Notes under the pieces: generated by a model
What the model was told of the DNA's origin: nothing
The model's input: only the letters and a program-made list of their open reading frames with translations
Database searches by the model: none
Shown here: positions 39,609 through 52,733 of the stretch, one piece after another
Position numbering within the stretch: the stretch's first letter is position 1
Layout: the number at the start of each line of letters is the position of its first letter
Made by a program: the position numbers and the translations under genes
Source: Octopus sinensis
Lineage: Eukaryota
NCBI RefSeq assembly: GCF_006345805.1
Contig: NC_042998.1
Location: forward strand, 67,766,001 to 67,830,000
Length of the DNA: 64,000 nt
Reading direction: 5' to 3'

Positions 39609-40079
39609 TCATACACACATACACAGACACACAAACACATTCACACTCGCGCACACTCACTCACACACACCACACTACACACTAAACGTAAATTATATAT
39701 AGATAGATATAAATTTCTGTTCCATAATGAAGGGTGAATTATGATGGAGCAGTAAAATATATTTTTCTTGAAAAGAGCATCAAAATTATAGCACTTTGTC
39801 ACTAATCATCAAATTTGTAAATAAACACGTACATGTATATATACATATATATATGTGTGTGTATGTGTGTGTGTATGTGTGTGTGTGTATGTGTGTGTAT
39901 ACACATTCAAACATATACACAAGTACACAACACGCGCACATACACACACATATACACTCACTCACATATATACATACATGTATATAAATACATACGCATA
40001 TATCTAAATATACAAATATATATTTATGTATGTATGCATGTATATATCTGTGTGTGTGTACATATTGATATATGTATAC

Positions 40080-40111
<32 letters not shown>

Positions 40112-40822
40112 ATGTGTCATCATATGGGTAATAACCATAAAACGTGCATTTCAAGGCTCCTCTACTGCTATTGTCTAGCCTCCACGTAGGCCCAGACTCT
40201 GAGCACATGACATAAACAGTTTTAAATTCATGACACTAAAAGCAGGAGAAATGAGAAAAAACGGGGGACAAAAAAGAAAATTACAGTTTTCCCCTTTGAA
40301 TGCTGAGCCATAATAGAACTAGATATTGTACACTGAATCAACGGGTTATAGTAATTCAGTGCGGAAAAGGTATTGTCCTCCAATTCTCCAAAAGAAATGT
40401 GTTCATATGTTTGCATTTCGTAAAAATTTCAGATTCGGTGGAATTCTTGGAACTGAAAAGGGTATGTGATATTTATGCTACGTAAAATTTGCATTCACAT
40501 ATGCCATGGACTTTTCTTCGATCTCCCATGCGGCTTGGAATTGATCTTCAAACGTCATACCTGATCAGAGAACTTAGTAGTTTTATTTTTGTGTGCGTGC
40601 TGGAACGAAGATAAATGGTTTGCATAGCGTCTATTTTCTTTTCGAAAATTAGTAGCTCGTAACTCTATACCGTGTACATTAATTATTTATTTCTTACTGG
40701 ATAAAGTACCTCTTTTTATATGCAATAATTACTACCATAATGGAAAAGTAAACTGTATATGTATGTATACGTGGGTGTGTGTAATATATATAAATATACA
40801 CACAAGTGTTTGTATGCATGTG

Positions 40823-40861
<39 letters not shown>

Positions 40862-40898
40862 TATATATTATATATATATTATATATAGATAAGAGAGA

Positions 40899-40987
<89 letters not shown>

Positions 40988-41029
40988 TATCGAAGATAGA
41001 TAGATAGATAGATAGATGTATATATACTT

Positions 41030-41760
41030 CTCTCCACTATTGTAGCCACGTCATCAAAAGTTTCATCCCCTGTATCATCAGAGCATTCTTCCAAAGACTG
41101 TGTGGCATTATGCCGAGCAAGTCAAAGCTGGAGGCCTCTGCATCCGGACCGTATTTCGATCACCGAACATCTCAGTTACTGGATTTTTGCCGAGGATATG
41201 AGTAGTCACGTACAGTCCTGGTGAATGCAGAGTGTCTTCATGTTCATGTACGTTTACTTACTCCTAATGTCTTCTCTAAGAGTTTTGAATTGCCATGCTT
41301 TTTGTGTAGACCGCTCATACTGGAATTCTATAGGTGCTGAAAAACAAGTGTGACGCCAAATCAAGCACTAGACTTAGTTTCCGGAACCGAAAACCTCGTG
41401 TCTTCATTGGCTTTAAGCAGTTATACAACGTCTTACATGGTCTTTTGTAATGCATTGTAACCAGAGTCCTGTTGTGTCTCACGTTTACAAAATGTGACCA
41501 TACTGTCCGCGCGTATTCATTCGTCTGGTTAAAGGCAATATGTATCAATGCCCCTACATGATGGTCTCAAAATGTCTACTTTGATTTCCAAGCTCGTATT
41601 TCCTTCTTTAAATGTCCCTGTCTATGTATGTTACTTTTATTACTAGTAACATCTCCGTCAACAGCATGTAGCCTTCTATGAATGCTGTGCATCCTGCATT
41701 CCTTTGTCAAGAACTCAATGCGAGTACATTGCTCATAAAAGCAGTAGCTATTAAAAAGGA
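41030..41760 (-). pseudogene. Decayed mariner-type transposase
   Basis: EQCTRIEFLTKECRMHSIHRRLHAVDGDVTSNKSNIHR...KKE resembles the mariner N-terminal HTH (EQRAVIEFL.KEG...EIHRRL.AVYGD); the downstream part is heavily mutated. Confidence 0.55.
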
Positions 41761-41888
41761 AGTGATACTCTACCAACATGTGCAATTTTGAACAATTTAT
41801 ACCAGTTGATAAAGAAAGGATACATTACTTTCGCTCCAAATCTTGTGTGTATTAACGCACAGACACACGTACATAGATAAGTATAGAC

Positions 41889-42184
41889 CACACGTCCTCA
41901 AAGTGGGCGCTACTGCCCCCGGTGGGCATTGAGGCGGTCCAGGTGGGCGCTGGTGCCTAAGGGGCGATGGGGGCGTTTGGAAGAAGGCAGTGGATTGGTG
42001 GACGCTATGAATTTAAGATAATATTGTTAAATAATATTGTATACAAATTATATATTAAATATCAAATAATTCACAACATATATATATTAGTAAAATATGA
42101 AATATTAATTTATACATAAAAATAGGGGTGGAGCGTTGAGGACTTTATGTAGCTGGGGGAGGGCAAAAAGTTTGAGAACCTCTG
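41889..42184. mobile_element. hAT (Charlie-like) MITE with a perfect 8-bp TSD
   Basis: GTATAGAC at 41881-41888 and 42185-42192; TIRs CACACGTCCTCAAA / TTTGAGAACCTCTG. Confidence 0.8.
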
Positions 42185-42423
42185 GTATAGACCCATACAT
42201 AAATACATTTTTATATGTAAATCTTATATACATATATACGTATATATTATATATATAAATATATGTATATATATATAATTTATATATAGTTCAATAATTA
42301 ATATGTTCAATAAGAAATAATTATTTTCGAAATTTTTTCTCTTATGAGGTCTTCACGCTATCTACCTGACAATTTCTTGTTAAGTTTTCCTTATTAAGTA
42401 GTTGTCCTTAATTGCTAAATGTA

Positions 42424-42476
<53 letters not shown>

Positions 42477-42493
42477 GAGACAGACAGACAGAC

Positions 42494-42539
<46 letters not shown>

Positions 42540-42540
42540 G

Positions 42541-42620
<80 letters not shown>

Positions 42621-43817
42621 CATGCTAACACCACTAAATGCTTGTTTGTTAAAATTTGAATATTTTGATCTCAGGACAACCTTCTGAAAGTAAAAAGTTT
42701 CTGTTACGTATTATAATTGCATGAATGAATAATAAATAAATAAATAAATAAATAATGTCCCCTTAATGAGCTTCATTTGTTAAAAGTTTGTGCTTGTTTC
42801 CGAAACTAACTGAAAGCATTGAAAGCACGAGAAAAAATCTCTCTCTAGAGCCTTCATCCTGCAACGCATTTTTTTTTCTTTACGCGGTTGAGAGGCAACA
42901 CACTTCATGAAAATACTAAAGGAAAAATCTAAGATGCAGTCAGTCGACTTCGCTGTTTGTAGCTTTAGAACTTGTAATTCTCGAAAGGGAAGAAATACCG
43001 TATTGACTACGCTCTAATGCAAAACGATTCGTTGAAGTTGAGCAGAAATCAAATTCCATATCTTTACTCCGTGTCAGATCCATTTAAACGAGTTGACAAA
43101 ACATCTCTTTGTTAAGTGACAGAGCATTCGTTCCGAATAAAAACAGTTCTGTAAAGCTCTGTTTAAATTCCTCGCGGGTATAGCGAGAATGAAATAAATA
43201 CAAGCTGACACGCTGCGAATCTAATGGATTGGTGAAATCAAATATCAAGAATTTCGATGGTTCGCTCCGTTCTGCCTGAAGCGTTCTACGACCATCATTT
43301 AACCTTGCTACCAACCTATGCCAAATGCCATTTATTCCTCCTTGACATTTAGACATGCTTCGAATACAATATATTTTTACTGATTATTTTGTTTCATATT
43401 TGGTTTATTTTTTGTTCGTTATATTTTTTGGAATCTCTAAAAGAAATCGTTGTAACTTTTACCATATAAAAATCATTTGTAGATTATACAAATATCAAAT
43501 CAGGCATTTTTACGGGAATGTGAACTGGCTGTTTTGATGTTCGTACAGATCTAATTTTGTAAAAGAATAACTGTAGGATCACTTTCTCAGAAGAATGAAC
43601 TCGTGTCTCAATTAGTACTTTCATATAACACACCACATCACCAAGTCACTTTTTGATATTGGTTTGGCTTCACACTATGCTTATTATGAGGATCACAAAC
43701 CGAGGAATAGGTGGCTGATCAGCATTACGCAACTAGTGTGAAATATTAAAATAAAAGGATATACAAGATTACAACAATCATATTCTAGTATTGATATATA
43801 AAAAAACAGGTATATAT

Positions 43818-44152
43818 ATGAAGGCGCATGGCTCAGTGGTTAGAGCGTCGTGATTACGATCGTGGGTTTGTCAGTTCAAATCCCGGACTGGGCTTCGTGT
43901 TGTGCTCTTGAGCAAGACACTTTATTTCCCGTTGCTCCAGTTCAGTCAGCTGTAAAAATGAGTTGCGACGTCACAGGTGCCAAGCTGTATCGGCCTTTGC
44001 CTTTCCATTGGATAACACTGGTGGCGTGGAGAGGGGAGGCTGGTATGTATGGGCGGCTGTTGGTCTTCCATAATCAACCTTGAACGGACTTGTCCTGGGA
44101 GGGTAACTTTCTAGGTGCAATCCCACGGTCAGTCATGACCGAAGGGGGTCTC
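43818..44152 (+). mobile_element. tRNA-derived SINE, family D-related with a distinct tail
   Basis: ggcgcatggctcagtggttagagcg...gttcaaatcccggactggg...cttgagcaagacactttatttcc...gctccagttc. Confidence 0.8.
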
Positions 44153-44172
44153 AGCATGTATGTTGTATATAT

Positions 44173-44204
<32 letters not shown>

Positions 44205-44206
<2 letters not shown>

Positions 44207-44459
44207 GGGAGAGTTCACGAAAAAAACAAAAGACGAAGACAGGTGGTGTTGAAAACAAACAGATGTATTAGTATACCGCTTAGGAATAGAAAAAGTATCT
44301 TACCTTCGAGCCTACGCTTCTACAGAAAGGGACACAGAAAAAAGCAAGGAGAGAAAAAATATGTGTAGTGGCTACCTATTTATCATGGCGACTGACGAAC
44401 AGAAGGGTCACACAGGAGGGCAGAGAAGTAGGGGATATAAGATATATATATATATTATA

Positions 44460-44503
<44 letters not shown>

Positions 44504-44951
44504 CATAAGACTTTTTTGAGTAATGACATAGAAAACCCAAGGCTGTGTAGATATTAGAACATTTGTAGATATACATATTTGATATATATACAAATATAAT
44601 ATTTATACACACACACACATATATGTATAACGGGAAGCTTTATGAAAATAGACAAAAGACGAAGGCAGGTTTACGGAAATAAACAAAAGACCAAGGCAGG
44701 TGGAATACAAACAAACAATTGTATTAGTATGGCGCTCAGGAAATATAAATAAAACAAGTCTTTAACGTTTCGAGCCTACGCTCTTTAACAGAAAGATACA
44801 CAGAGAAAAAACACAGAAAGAAGGAGAGAAAAATATATATATACATGTGTATATAATAAATTATACGTATTAATATGCTATATATTTATATATTAATATA
44901 TATAAATTATACATATAATATATTTATATATATATATAATTATATATATAT

Positions 44952-45022
<71 letters not shown>

Positions 45023-45066
45023 TATATAATATTATATATATATATTATATATATATATATTATATA

Positions 45067-45109
<43 letters not shown>

Positions 45110-45290
45110 ATATTATAAACATATATAATATAATATTTTCTCTCCTTGTTTCTTTCTGTGTTCCTTTCTGTTGAAGAGCGTAGCCTCGAAATGTTAAAGA
45201 CTTTTTCACTTCCGGAGAGTTATACTAACACATATGTTTGTTATCTACACCACATGCCTTCGTCTTTTGTTTTTGTTAATTCTCCCTATA
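44205..45290. repeat. Cluster of three pLTR-like fragments (two minus, one plus) with hammerhead-like motifs, separated by (TA)n
   Basis: Copies at ~44205-44370 (-), ~44630-44840 (-) and ~45135-45290 (+); motif CTTT-CTGTT(G/A)A-A-GAGC-GTAG-GCTC-GAAACGTT-AAAG. Confidence 0.65.
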
Positions 45291-45463
45291 TATATGTATA
45301 TATGTATATGTATATATACGTATATATATATGTATATGTATATATACGTATATATATATATATATGTACACATGTATATATATATATATATATATGCATA
45401 TATGTATATATATATGTACATATGTATATGTATATATATGTATATATATATATATATATAATA

Positions 45464-45519
<56 letters not shown>

Positions 45520-47416
45520 TATATACATATATGTATATATATATGTATGCATATATATACACGATCCTATGTATGTATGCATGTATTATGTATTTATGTA
45601 TTGAGGTTGTGACTTACAAAGAAGTATCCGAAAAGAGTTTGTAGCTCATCACATGACGCAGTAATCTTACTTCCAATATCTTCACTCCAAATTATTCATT
45701 CATTTTATAATAAAGACAGTGTTCATTTAAGAAGTTCTTAAGAAATGGTATTCTATCCATTTTCAAAGCATTGTCACTGTAGTGAATCCTTCTCCACCGA
45801 TACTTTGCTTTGCTAAAATAATTATACTCTTTAATCACAAATCGCTTGTTGTATCCAGCAAACACTTGAAACAATTTAACAGAACAATGTACAGCAGCAA
45901 CGCAGTACAGAAACAACACAGATATATATTCAAGTTCTTGAACACTCGGACATACGAACCAATTTCTGTAACATCTTAAAGTTATCTACTTCAAGAACTT
46001 GCAATATGTTCTGCTATTTAATAGTCCTCGTTTCAGTTTTAAAAGGACGCATCAATGCGTCCTATCTAGTCCTTATATTTCAAAATACTTGGTTTATGAA
46101 TATTCTATGTATCAAAGGCAAAGTCATATTTGGCATCTTTCGAACTCAAACGTTTCAGATAACAAACAATTCACCGATGAGTCTCTCTAATATAATCAGC
46201 AATCTACCGCCTTACTGCTTGATAAACACTCAATCTCCTGTTACGTTACATTTTGTAAGAACCGTTAATAATAATGCTAATAGCAATTACAATACACGAC
46301 CTCCTTCCTCGCAAATTAAAAGTTATCAGGCATAAAAAGCTATCCTTTTGATTCGTATTTTTCTTCTTTTTTTTTACTTTTTGTTTCTAATTCAACATTA
46401 TTGATTTTTTTCAATTCATACCTCAAATTCTTCAATAGCCAAGCATTACGTAATAAGCTAATCTGAAAAATATTCATGAAGATTGTTTTCATTGTGCGTT
46501 TATGGAAAGCAAAGAAAAAGAAAGCATATAAATATTTAGTTAGTTATTTTTCTTATTTTTTTCTGCAATTATTCTGGGAATTTTTCCCTGACTGAAGAAT
46601 CTGATGATTGAATATCATTCTACGGTTTTCCCATGATGTTCTTGATAGATTTTTACCTGTTTTATTTACTTGTTATTCCTTTATTTATCAATTTTTTTTA
46701 CGTGTGTCAATACCCTTGAGCAACACGTTCAACACCTTAACGCCGAAGTTATTTCAATTGAAACTTGTACAAACTGTTGTTGATATTTCTTTTCTTTTAG
46801 AAATTTTCAAAGTAATTATTTTCTGGGTATCGAAAGATGACATCTATTGATGGTTAAGTGAAGGGAACAGTGGGCTAGAAATTAGGTATGAATTAAAAAT
46901 AAATAAAAAAAAAACATAAAAATAACTCAATTAAAATTAGTTGTGGTTTCTCTTTGCTTGCAACGAAACCGTTGATTTTCTTCCCCATTGGCGAACAAGG
47001 CTGTTTTTCGTTTGCTTCGCTTGGCTGCTAACGAATAAATATTCAACGGTGAATGGAAAATTTTAAAGAAAACATAAATAGCAACATCAAGACGCGTGTA
47101 AATTAATATATCTGAAACAATTTTCAATGGAATGCAAAAACATGAAATAAAATAAGAATTCGTTACATGAAAATTCTATAAAATAAACTAAAAACAACAT
47201 AATATAAAGAACTAAAACGGGAAGAAAAAGGAATGAAAAATGGAAACGGTATGAATGAAGTAAAGCAAATAGAATATAGTTTTTCAAGGAAAAAACTGGC
47301 TTTTGTTCCATTTATTACAAGGAATTTAAAACCGACCATATATTTTTGACTAAGCTTATCCTGTAAATTTTCTTGATTGTTTCTTTGAAATGAAATATAA
47401 ATCTTCTGAGCAAAAA

Positions 47417-47464
<48 letters not shown>

Positions 47465-47639
47465 CAGCAGCAGCAGCAGCTGTTGTTGTTACTGAATTTC
47501 TTTCAAAACAGTATTTCGAAATTTAGAATATTAACTTGGTCTTTGTATACGTTGGCTTCTTTTACAACACATACACACACACGCACACACACCTATATAT
47601 ACATATATATATAGAGAGAGAGAGATAGAGAGATAAATA

Positions 47640-47960
47640 TATCACGTAATTATCATGTGATCACGTGACCGACCAGGCTATCAGATGTTGCTACACATTG
47701 CTGGTCACAATGCGCTTCGCATTGTTTTAGCCTTCAAATGACGCCACCCCGCTGGCTAAGCGAGCAGGCCAACAGAAGAAAGAGTGAGAGAAAGTTGTGG
47801 CGAAAGAGTACAGCAGGGATCGCCACCCGACATGTAGGAGCCTCGTGGAGCTTTAGGTGCTTTCGCTCAATAAACACTCACAACGCCCGGTCTGGAAATC
47901 GAAGCCGCGATCCTACGACCGCGAGTCCGCTGCCAATCACTGGGCCATTGCGCCTCCACC
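47640..47960 (-). mobile_element. SINE family C
   Basis: Reverse complement of the 31327-31640 copy. Confidence 0.85.
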
Positions 47961-48100
47961 ATATATACATATATATATATATATTATATATTATATATAT
48001 ATATTATATATATATATATATACAATATATATATATATTATATATACATATTATATATATATATATATATGATATATTATATAAAATGTATAGATATGTA

Positions 48101-48132
<32 letters not shown>

Positions 48133-48254
48133 GGTACACCGGCGATTATAATTAATTTTATTGTATCGCATTTAACTTTGTTTACATATATATATATATA
48201 TGTATATATATATAATTATATATATATTATATATATATATATATATCTATATAC

Positions 48255-48293
<39 letters not shown>

Positions 48294-48402
48294 CTATCTA
48301 TATATATATATATATATAATATTATATATATATTATATATATATATATGAAAAAACAAGGTAAAAAAATAGAAAATGCTAAAATAATTTATAGTGAACAT
48401 TT

Positions 48403-48439
48403 CAGTACCGGTTCGGTCATTTTGAGACCTTTTCAACTG
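48403..48439 (-). ncRNA. Hammerhead-like motif in the 3' pseudo-LTR (one A missing from GAAA)
   Basis: CAG-TTGAAAA-GGTC-TCAAAAT-GACC-GAA-CCGG-TA-CTG. Confidence 0.5.
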
Positions 48440-48787
48440 TAACGATTAAATAATTAAATTTAGAAAAATAGAAGAAAAGTTTTTTAAAAGAATATTTCTA
48501 TAGTAGTGTTCAGATTTAAGTGGCATTCTGCCTTTCTCTGACTCCCTTGTTTGCACTTGTGTGTTCGAGGTAGTTGTGAGCTCTTGGTAGGGTAGTAGAG
48601 AGAAGGCTGGTGAGGAAAGGGGGGTGGGAGAATCTGGGAGTGCCTGATGGTCGTATTTTGAATGGTCAGTGGCGGCTGGCAGTCTCAGTTCAATTCAGGA
48701 GAATATTTATATTGACAGGCTTCTTTATAGAATTAGCGTAGGTGTTATACTAAAAAACATTAGTGACAAACTTAAGGGGTAGGGGGG

Positions 48788-49040
48788 GTGGAGAAGAAGA
48801 AGAAGAAGAAGAAGAAGAAGAAGAAGAGAAGGAGAGAAGGAGAGGAGAAGATGACGATGATGGTGATGGTGGTGATGATTATGACGACGATGATGATGAT
48901 AACGATGATGATGAAGAAGAAGAAGAAGAAGAAGGAGGAGAAGGAGAAGATGGTGGTGATGATGGTGGCGATGATGATGATGCCGATGATGATGATAACG
49001 ATGATGATGAAGAAGAAGAGGAAGAAGAAGAAGAAGGAAA
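48788..49040. repeat. Compound (GAA)n/(GAT)n microsatellite with internal duplication, between the Penelope ORF end and the pLTR
   Basis: Direct reading; explains ORFs 48763-49095 and 48788-49069. Confidence 0.85.
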
Positions 49041-52000
49041 AACAGAGAAGGGAGAATATGAATGGGTGAAATATAGCTATGAAGGGGCTGATTAGTAATG
49101 GATTCTATTGAGTGTAGTATTTGTGTGTTATATATATCTTTTTTCTTTTATTCTAAAGTTGAGGTATATTAATTGTTGTCGTAGACCCGTTAAGAAGTGG
49201 CTTGTATTTTGTAATAAAGAGATTTTCTTTACTTATTCGTTGTCTCGAGGTTTTGTATCGTTCCCTAAATTGGTAGAGGGGGAAAATTCTGAAGTTGGGT
49301 TGTTTTTTGTTGGCGCAAGTATCTATGTGTTGGCAAAAGCTATTTTTCTGTTTTGGGGAATTTTTATCTGGGATCTGTGCAGGGCCATTCGTTTACGCAA
49401 ACCATTTTTTGTTTGGCCTATGTACTGCTCTTGACACCCGGAGCAGGTTAGTGAGTATATTAGGTTCTCCGAAGCACATGTGAAGTTGCTTTTCACTGTA
49501 AAACGTGGTCCCTGTTTGAAGGAGAACTCAGAACCCTCGATTAGATAGTCGCATATCCCGCAATGGGGTCTTCCACATTTTTTTACTGTCGGCTTCTGTG
49601 TTGAAGAGTGAATTCGGGCTTGTGTAAGGAGACTTTCATGGATCTAGGCTGTCTTTTGCTTTTTATGATCGTGTGTTTGGAGGTTGTGTTCATTCTGTGG
49701 TCTTTTTTTAGGAGGGGTATGTTGTGGAGGATGGTGTCGAAGGCTCGTTATTGAGAGGGTTGTGTGTGGAGATGTATGGTAAGGCTTTTGGTTGTAAGTT
49801 TTTCTTTGATTTGGGATGTCTCAGTTCCTTGATGTTAAGTTGAAGGGCACGTTGAATGCATTGTCAATAAGTGAAGGTGGATAGTTCCTGGTGATTAGGG
49901 TATCTTTTAGTTCTTGTAGTCGTGTGTCTCTGGTGTTTGCGTTAGAGACTATAGTGCATATCCTTTTGCTAGATTGAAGGGGATATTCATCCTGGTGTGT
50001 CTGGGGTGGCATGAATTGAATGGAAGATATTGCTTAGAGTCTGTAGGCTTATAGTTATGTCTGTTTCTATTATATTATTAGCTTTCTTAATGAGGATATC
50101 GAGGAAGGGGAGTTGTTGTGGCTATATTCCATCGTGAATTGGATGTTTACGTCCAGTCCGTTAAAATTTTCTGGAATTCTATGAGTTTTTCTATTTTTTT
50201 ATGCCAAAGGATGATGAACCAGTCATCTAGATATCTCTTCCAGTGTTTCTATGTAGATGGAGAAAGGGCTGCCATATCTTTCTAGAACCTTACGATACAG
50301 ACTGATCTCTAGGTATCCTATGACTAGGTTGGCAAAGGAGGGGGCCATTCGTGTACCCATCGCAGTCCCGATTTTTGTCGGTAGAAGTTGTCATTGAAGG
50401 CGAAGAAGAAGTTATTCCAGGATGAATTTAACCCCTTCTATCACAAATTCTTTTTTGATGCGGTGTGGTTAGTTCGTTGGCGTGATTCTCTAGCCAGAAT
50501 TGGATGCCTCTAGTCCTAGGTTGTGGAGGGATATTGGAGGAGAGGTTGACTACATCGAAGGATACCAGGTGGTGTTTTTGTTTATTAGTATTCGGTAGGT
50601 GATTGAGCATATCTAAGTCGTCCCTTATATAGCTTTTGACATGTTTGAGGAGTGGTTTTAACAGGGTGTCTAAAAGTTACTGAGGCGGTGGGTTTCGCAT
50701 GCGGGACCTGCTATTATGGGTCTCAATTTGAGGTCATTAGGATTAGGGACTTTAATTATTTTGTCTGTAGCTATTTGCATGCGTTCTTATTTTTTCACTT
50801 TTGTGGATCTTAGGTATACCGTAGAATTGGCTAGTTTTACTTGTGAATTGGTCATATAATCATATTCTTTGTCGGTTAGCCCTGCTTTGTATGGGTTAAT
50901 ATGGATTTTAGTTCCCTCATTATTTTTTGTTGACTGTAGTTTTGTGCCTTTTCATAGTATGTTGTGTCTTCCAGCAATAGAAAGTACCAAAGTTATGTAA
51001 AATGTCGTATCCATTAAGACAACAGCACTCCCTTTATCGGCCTCTTTGATTGTTATTGTTTTATCTAGTTTTAATTTGTTCAATCAGCCCATTCTTTTTT
51101 GCTGAAGTTTGGTTGTGTTTTGTTGTGCATATGTTGATATGGGTAATTTGATATGTGGTCACAGAAATCATCAAGTGTTTTATTCTTACCTTTCGAGGGG
51201 GTGTGTAGTTACTCCTATTTCTGGCTAACGATTCGTCTCGTTGTATTTATCGTATAGCTCCTCAGTAAGTCTTAATTTTCTGCAGAATTCTGCGATGTCT
51301 TCTTTCATTCATTGTAGTTGGGGTGTTGTGGGGTGGGTGTAAAGTTGAGTCCTTTGGAAAGTATGTTTATTTGGTTTGCTGTTAGTTCCTTGTGAGTAGA
51401 TAATAGTTTTTATTACTTTTGGTTCTCCTGCTTGTTTGGTGCTATCTTGTGTCTCTGTGTTTGCGTATGGGTCTAAAAAATGAATGCGGTGTTGGGACGG
51501 TAGCTAGTATATAGTTGTTATTTGTTGATTAGGGGTCTCCTGTTGTGATTTATGTGTGTGTTCTTGGAGCAGTATTGAGGGAGCATCCCGATATCCCATA
51601 TTCGGGTGTTGGTGTTCTAGGAGGCCTTCCTTGGTTAATCATTGCAAGTGGTGTGGGTTTGTTGTGCATGGTTGTTTACACCGTTAATGGGACGAAGATT
51701 TCGTGAACTCTTTGGGTGGGGATGAGGTTGCGTTAGTGTCTATGCTGGTGGGTGTTGATTTATCCTTTCTCTGCTTGAAGTGGGGGTATTCCTGATATTG
51801 ATACGCTGGCTACTTACAGAGTTAGGGTTAGGTCCTGTATTCTTTTTTGATAGTAGTGAAGGTTCCGCTTTTTAGAGAGGTGTGTATCGGTGTTTGGTTT
51901 TTTTGTTGTGTTTGGTTTTCTTATTTTCTGGAAAGGGTTGTTGGAGGCGTGCTCGTTTGAAAGACGGCTTCATAGTCTGAGAACCAAGTGGCGCTTTTCT

Positions 52001-52382
52001 CCCAGCGTTGGAGAGATTTTAGTTCTTCTTTTTCACAGTCCTCTTAAGTTTGTCACTAATGTTTTTTAGTATAACACCTACGCTAATTCTATAAAGAAGC
52101 CTGTCAATATAAATATTCTCCTGAATTGAACTGAGACTGCCAGCCGCCACTGACCATTCAAAATACGACCATCAAGGCACTCCCAGATTCTCCCACCCCC
52201 CTTTCCTCACCAGCCTTCTCTCTACTACCCTACCAAGAGCTCACAACTACCTCGAACACACAAGTGCAAACAAGGGAGTCAGAGAAAGGCAGAATGCCAC
52301 TTAAATCTGAACACTACTATAGAAATATTCTTTTAAAAAAACTTTTCTTCTAATTTTTCTAAATTTAATTATTTAATCGTTA

Positions 52383-52420
52383 CAGTTGAAAAGGTCTCAA
52401 AATGTCCGAAACCGGTACTG
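52383..52420 (+). ncRNA. Hammerhead-like motif in the inverted pseudo-LTR
   Basis: CAG-TTGAAAA-GGTC-TCAAAAT-GTCC-GAAA-CCGG-TA-CTG; U3-A8 core variant, palindromic ACCGGT, one stem II mismatch. Confidence 0.55.
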
Positions 52421-52511
52421 AAATGTTCACTATAAAATTATTTTAGCATTTTCTATTTTTTACTTGTTTTTTCATATATATCAACTCGTGTGTTCCTTTT
52501 CACCCTTATAC

Positions 52512-52553
<42 letters not shown>

Positions 52554-52593
52554 CAAGACATGCATGTATGTATAGATATGTAGATACCTGTAG

Positions 52594-52633
<40 letters not shown>

Positions 52634-52733
52634 CAAGACATGCATATATGTATAGATATGTAGATACCTGTAGATAGATATATATATACATAAACGGATA
52701 TGTATATATATATGTGTGTGTTTAATCGTCACA

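Larger units (their letters stand above)
48348..52474 (-). mobile_element. Penelope-like element (RT + GIY-YIG endonuclease), disrupted, with inverted pseudo-LTRs
   Basis: Minus strand with stops and frameshifts: DIAEFCRKLRLTEE; LVSFDVVNLSSNIP; GTAMGTRMAPSFANLVIGYLE; LPFLDILI; ICTIVSN...RLQELKDTL..RNYPP; CGRPHCGICDY; NLIYSLTCSGCQEQYIGQTKNGLRKRMALHRSQI. 48348-48776 and 52043-52474 are inverted copies. Confidence 0.92.

Noticed and set aside
46024-46045. Short perfect hairpins (AGGACGCAT-CA-ATGCGTCCT; also 15657-15697 and 56157-56176)
   Set aside because: Isolated 8-13-bp stems without supporting context; expected by chance or from MITE debris. Bacterial terminator logic does not apply.
48763-49095. 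Acidic D/E-rich ORF (and an overlapping K/M-rich ORF)
   Set aside because: Compound trinucleotide microsatellite inside the Penelope 3' region; no true start or splice context.
51180-51195. Possible Penelope intron donor (AAG|GTAAGA on the minus strand)
   Set aside because: The sequence reads through as typical PLE N-terminal coding (..KGKNKTLDDFCDHISNYP), and I saw no matching acceptor.
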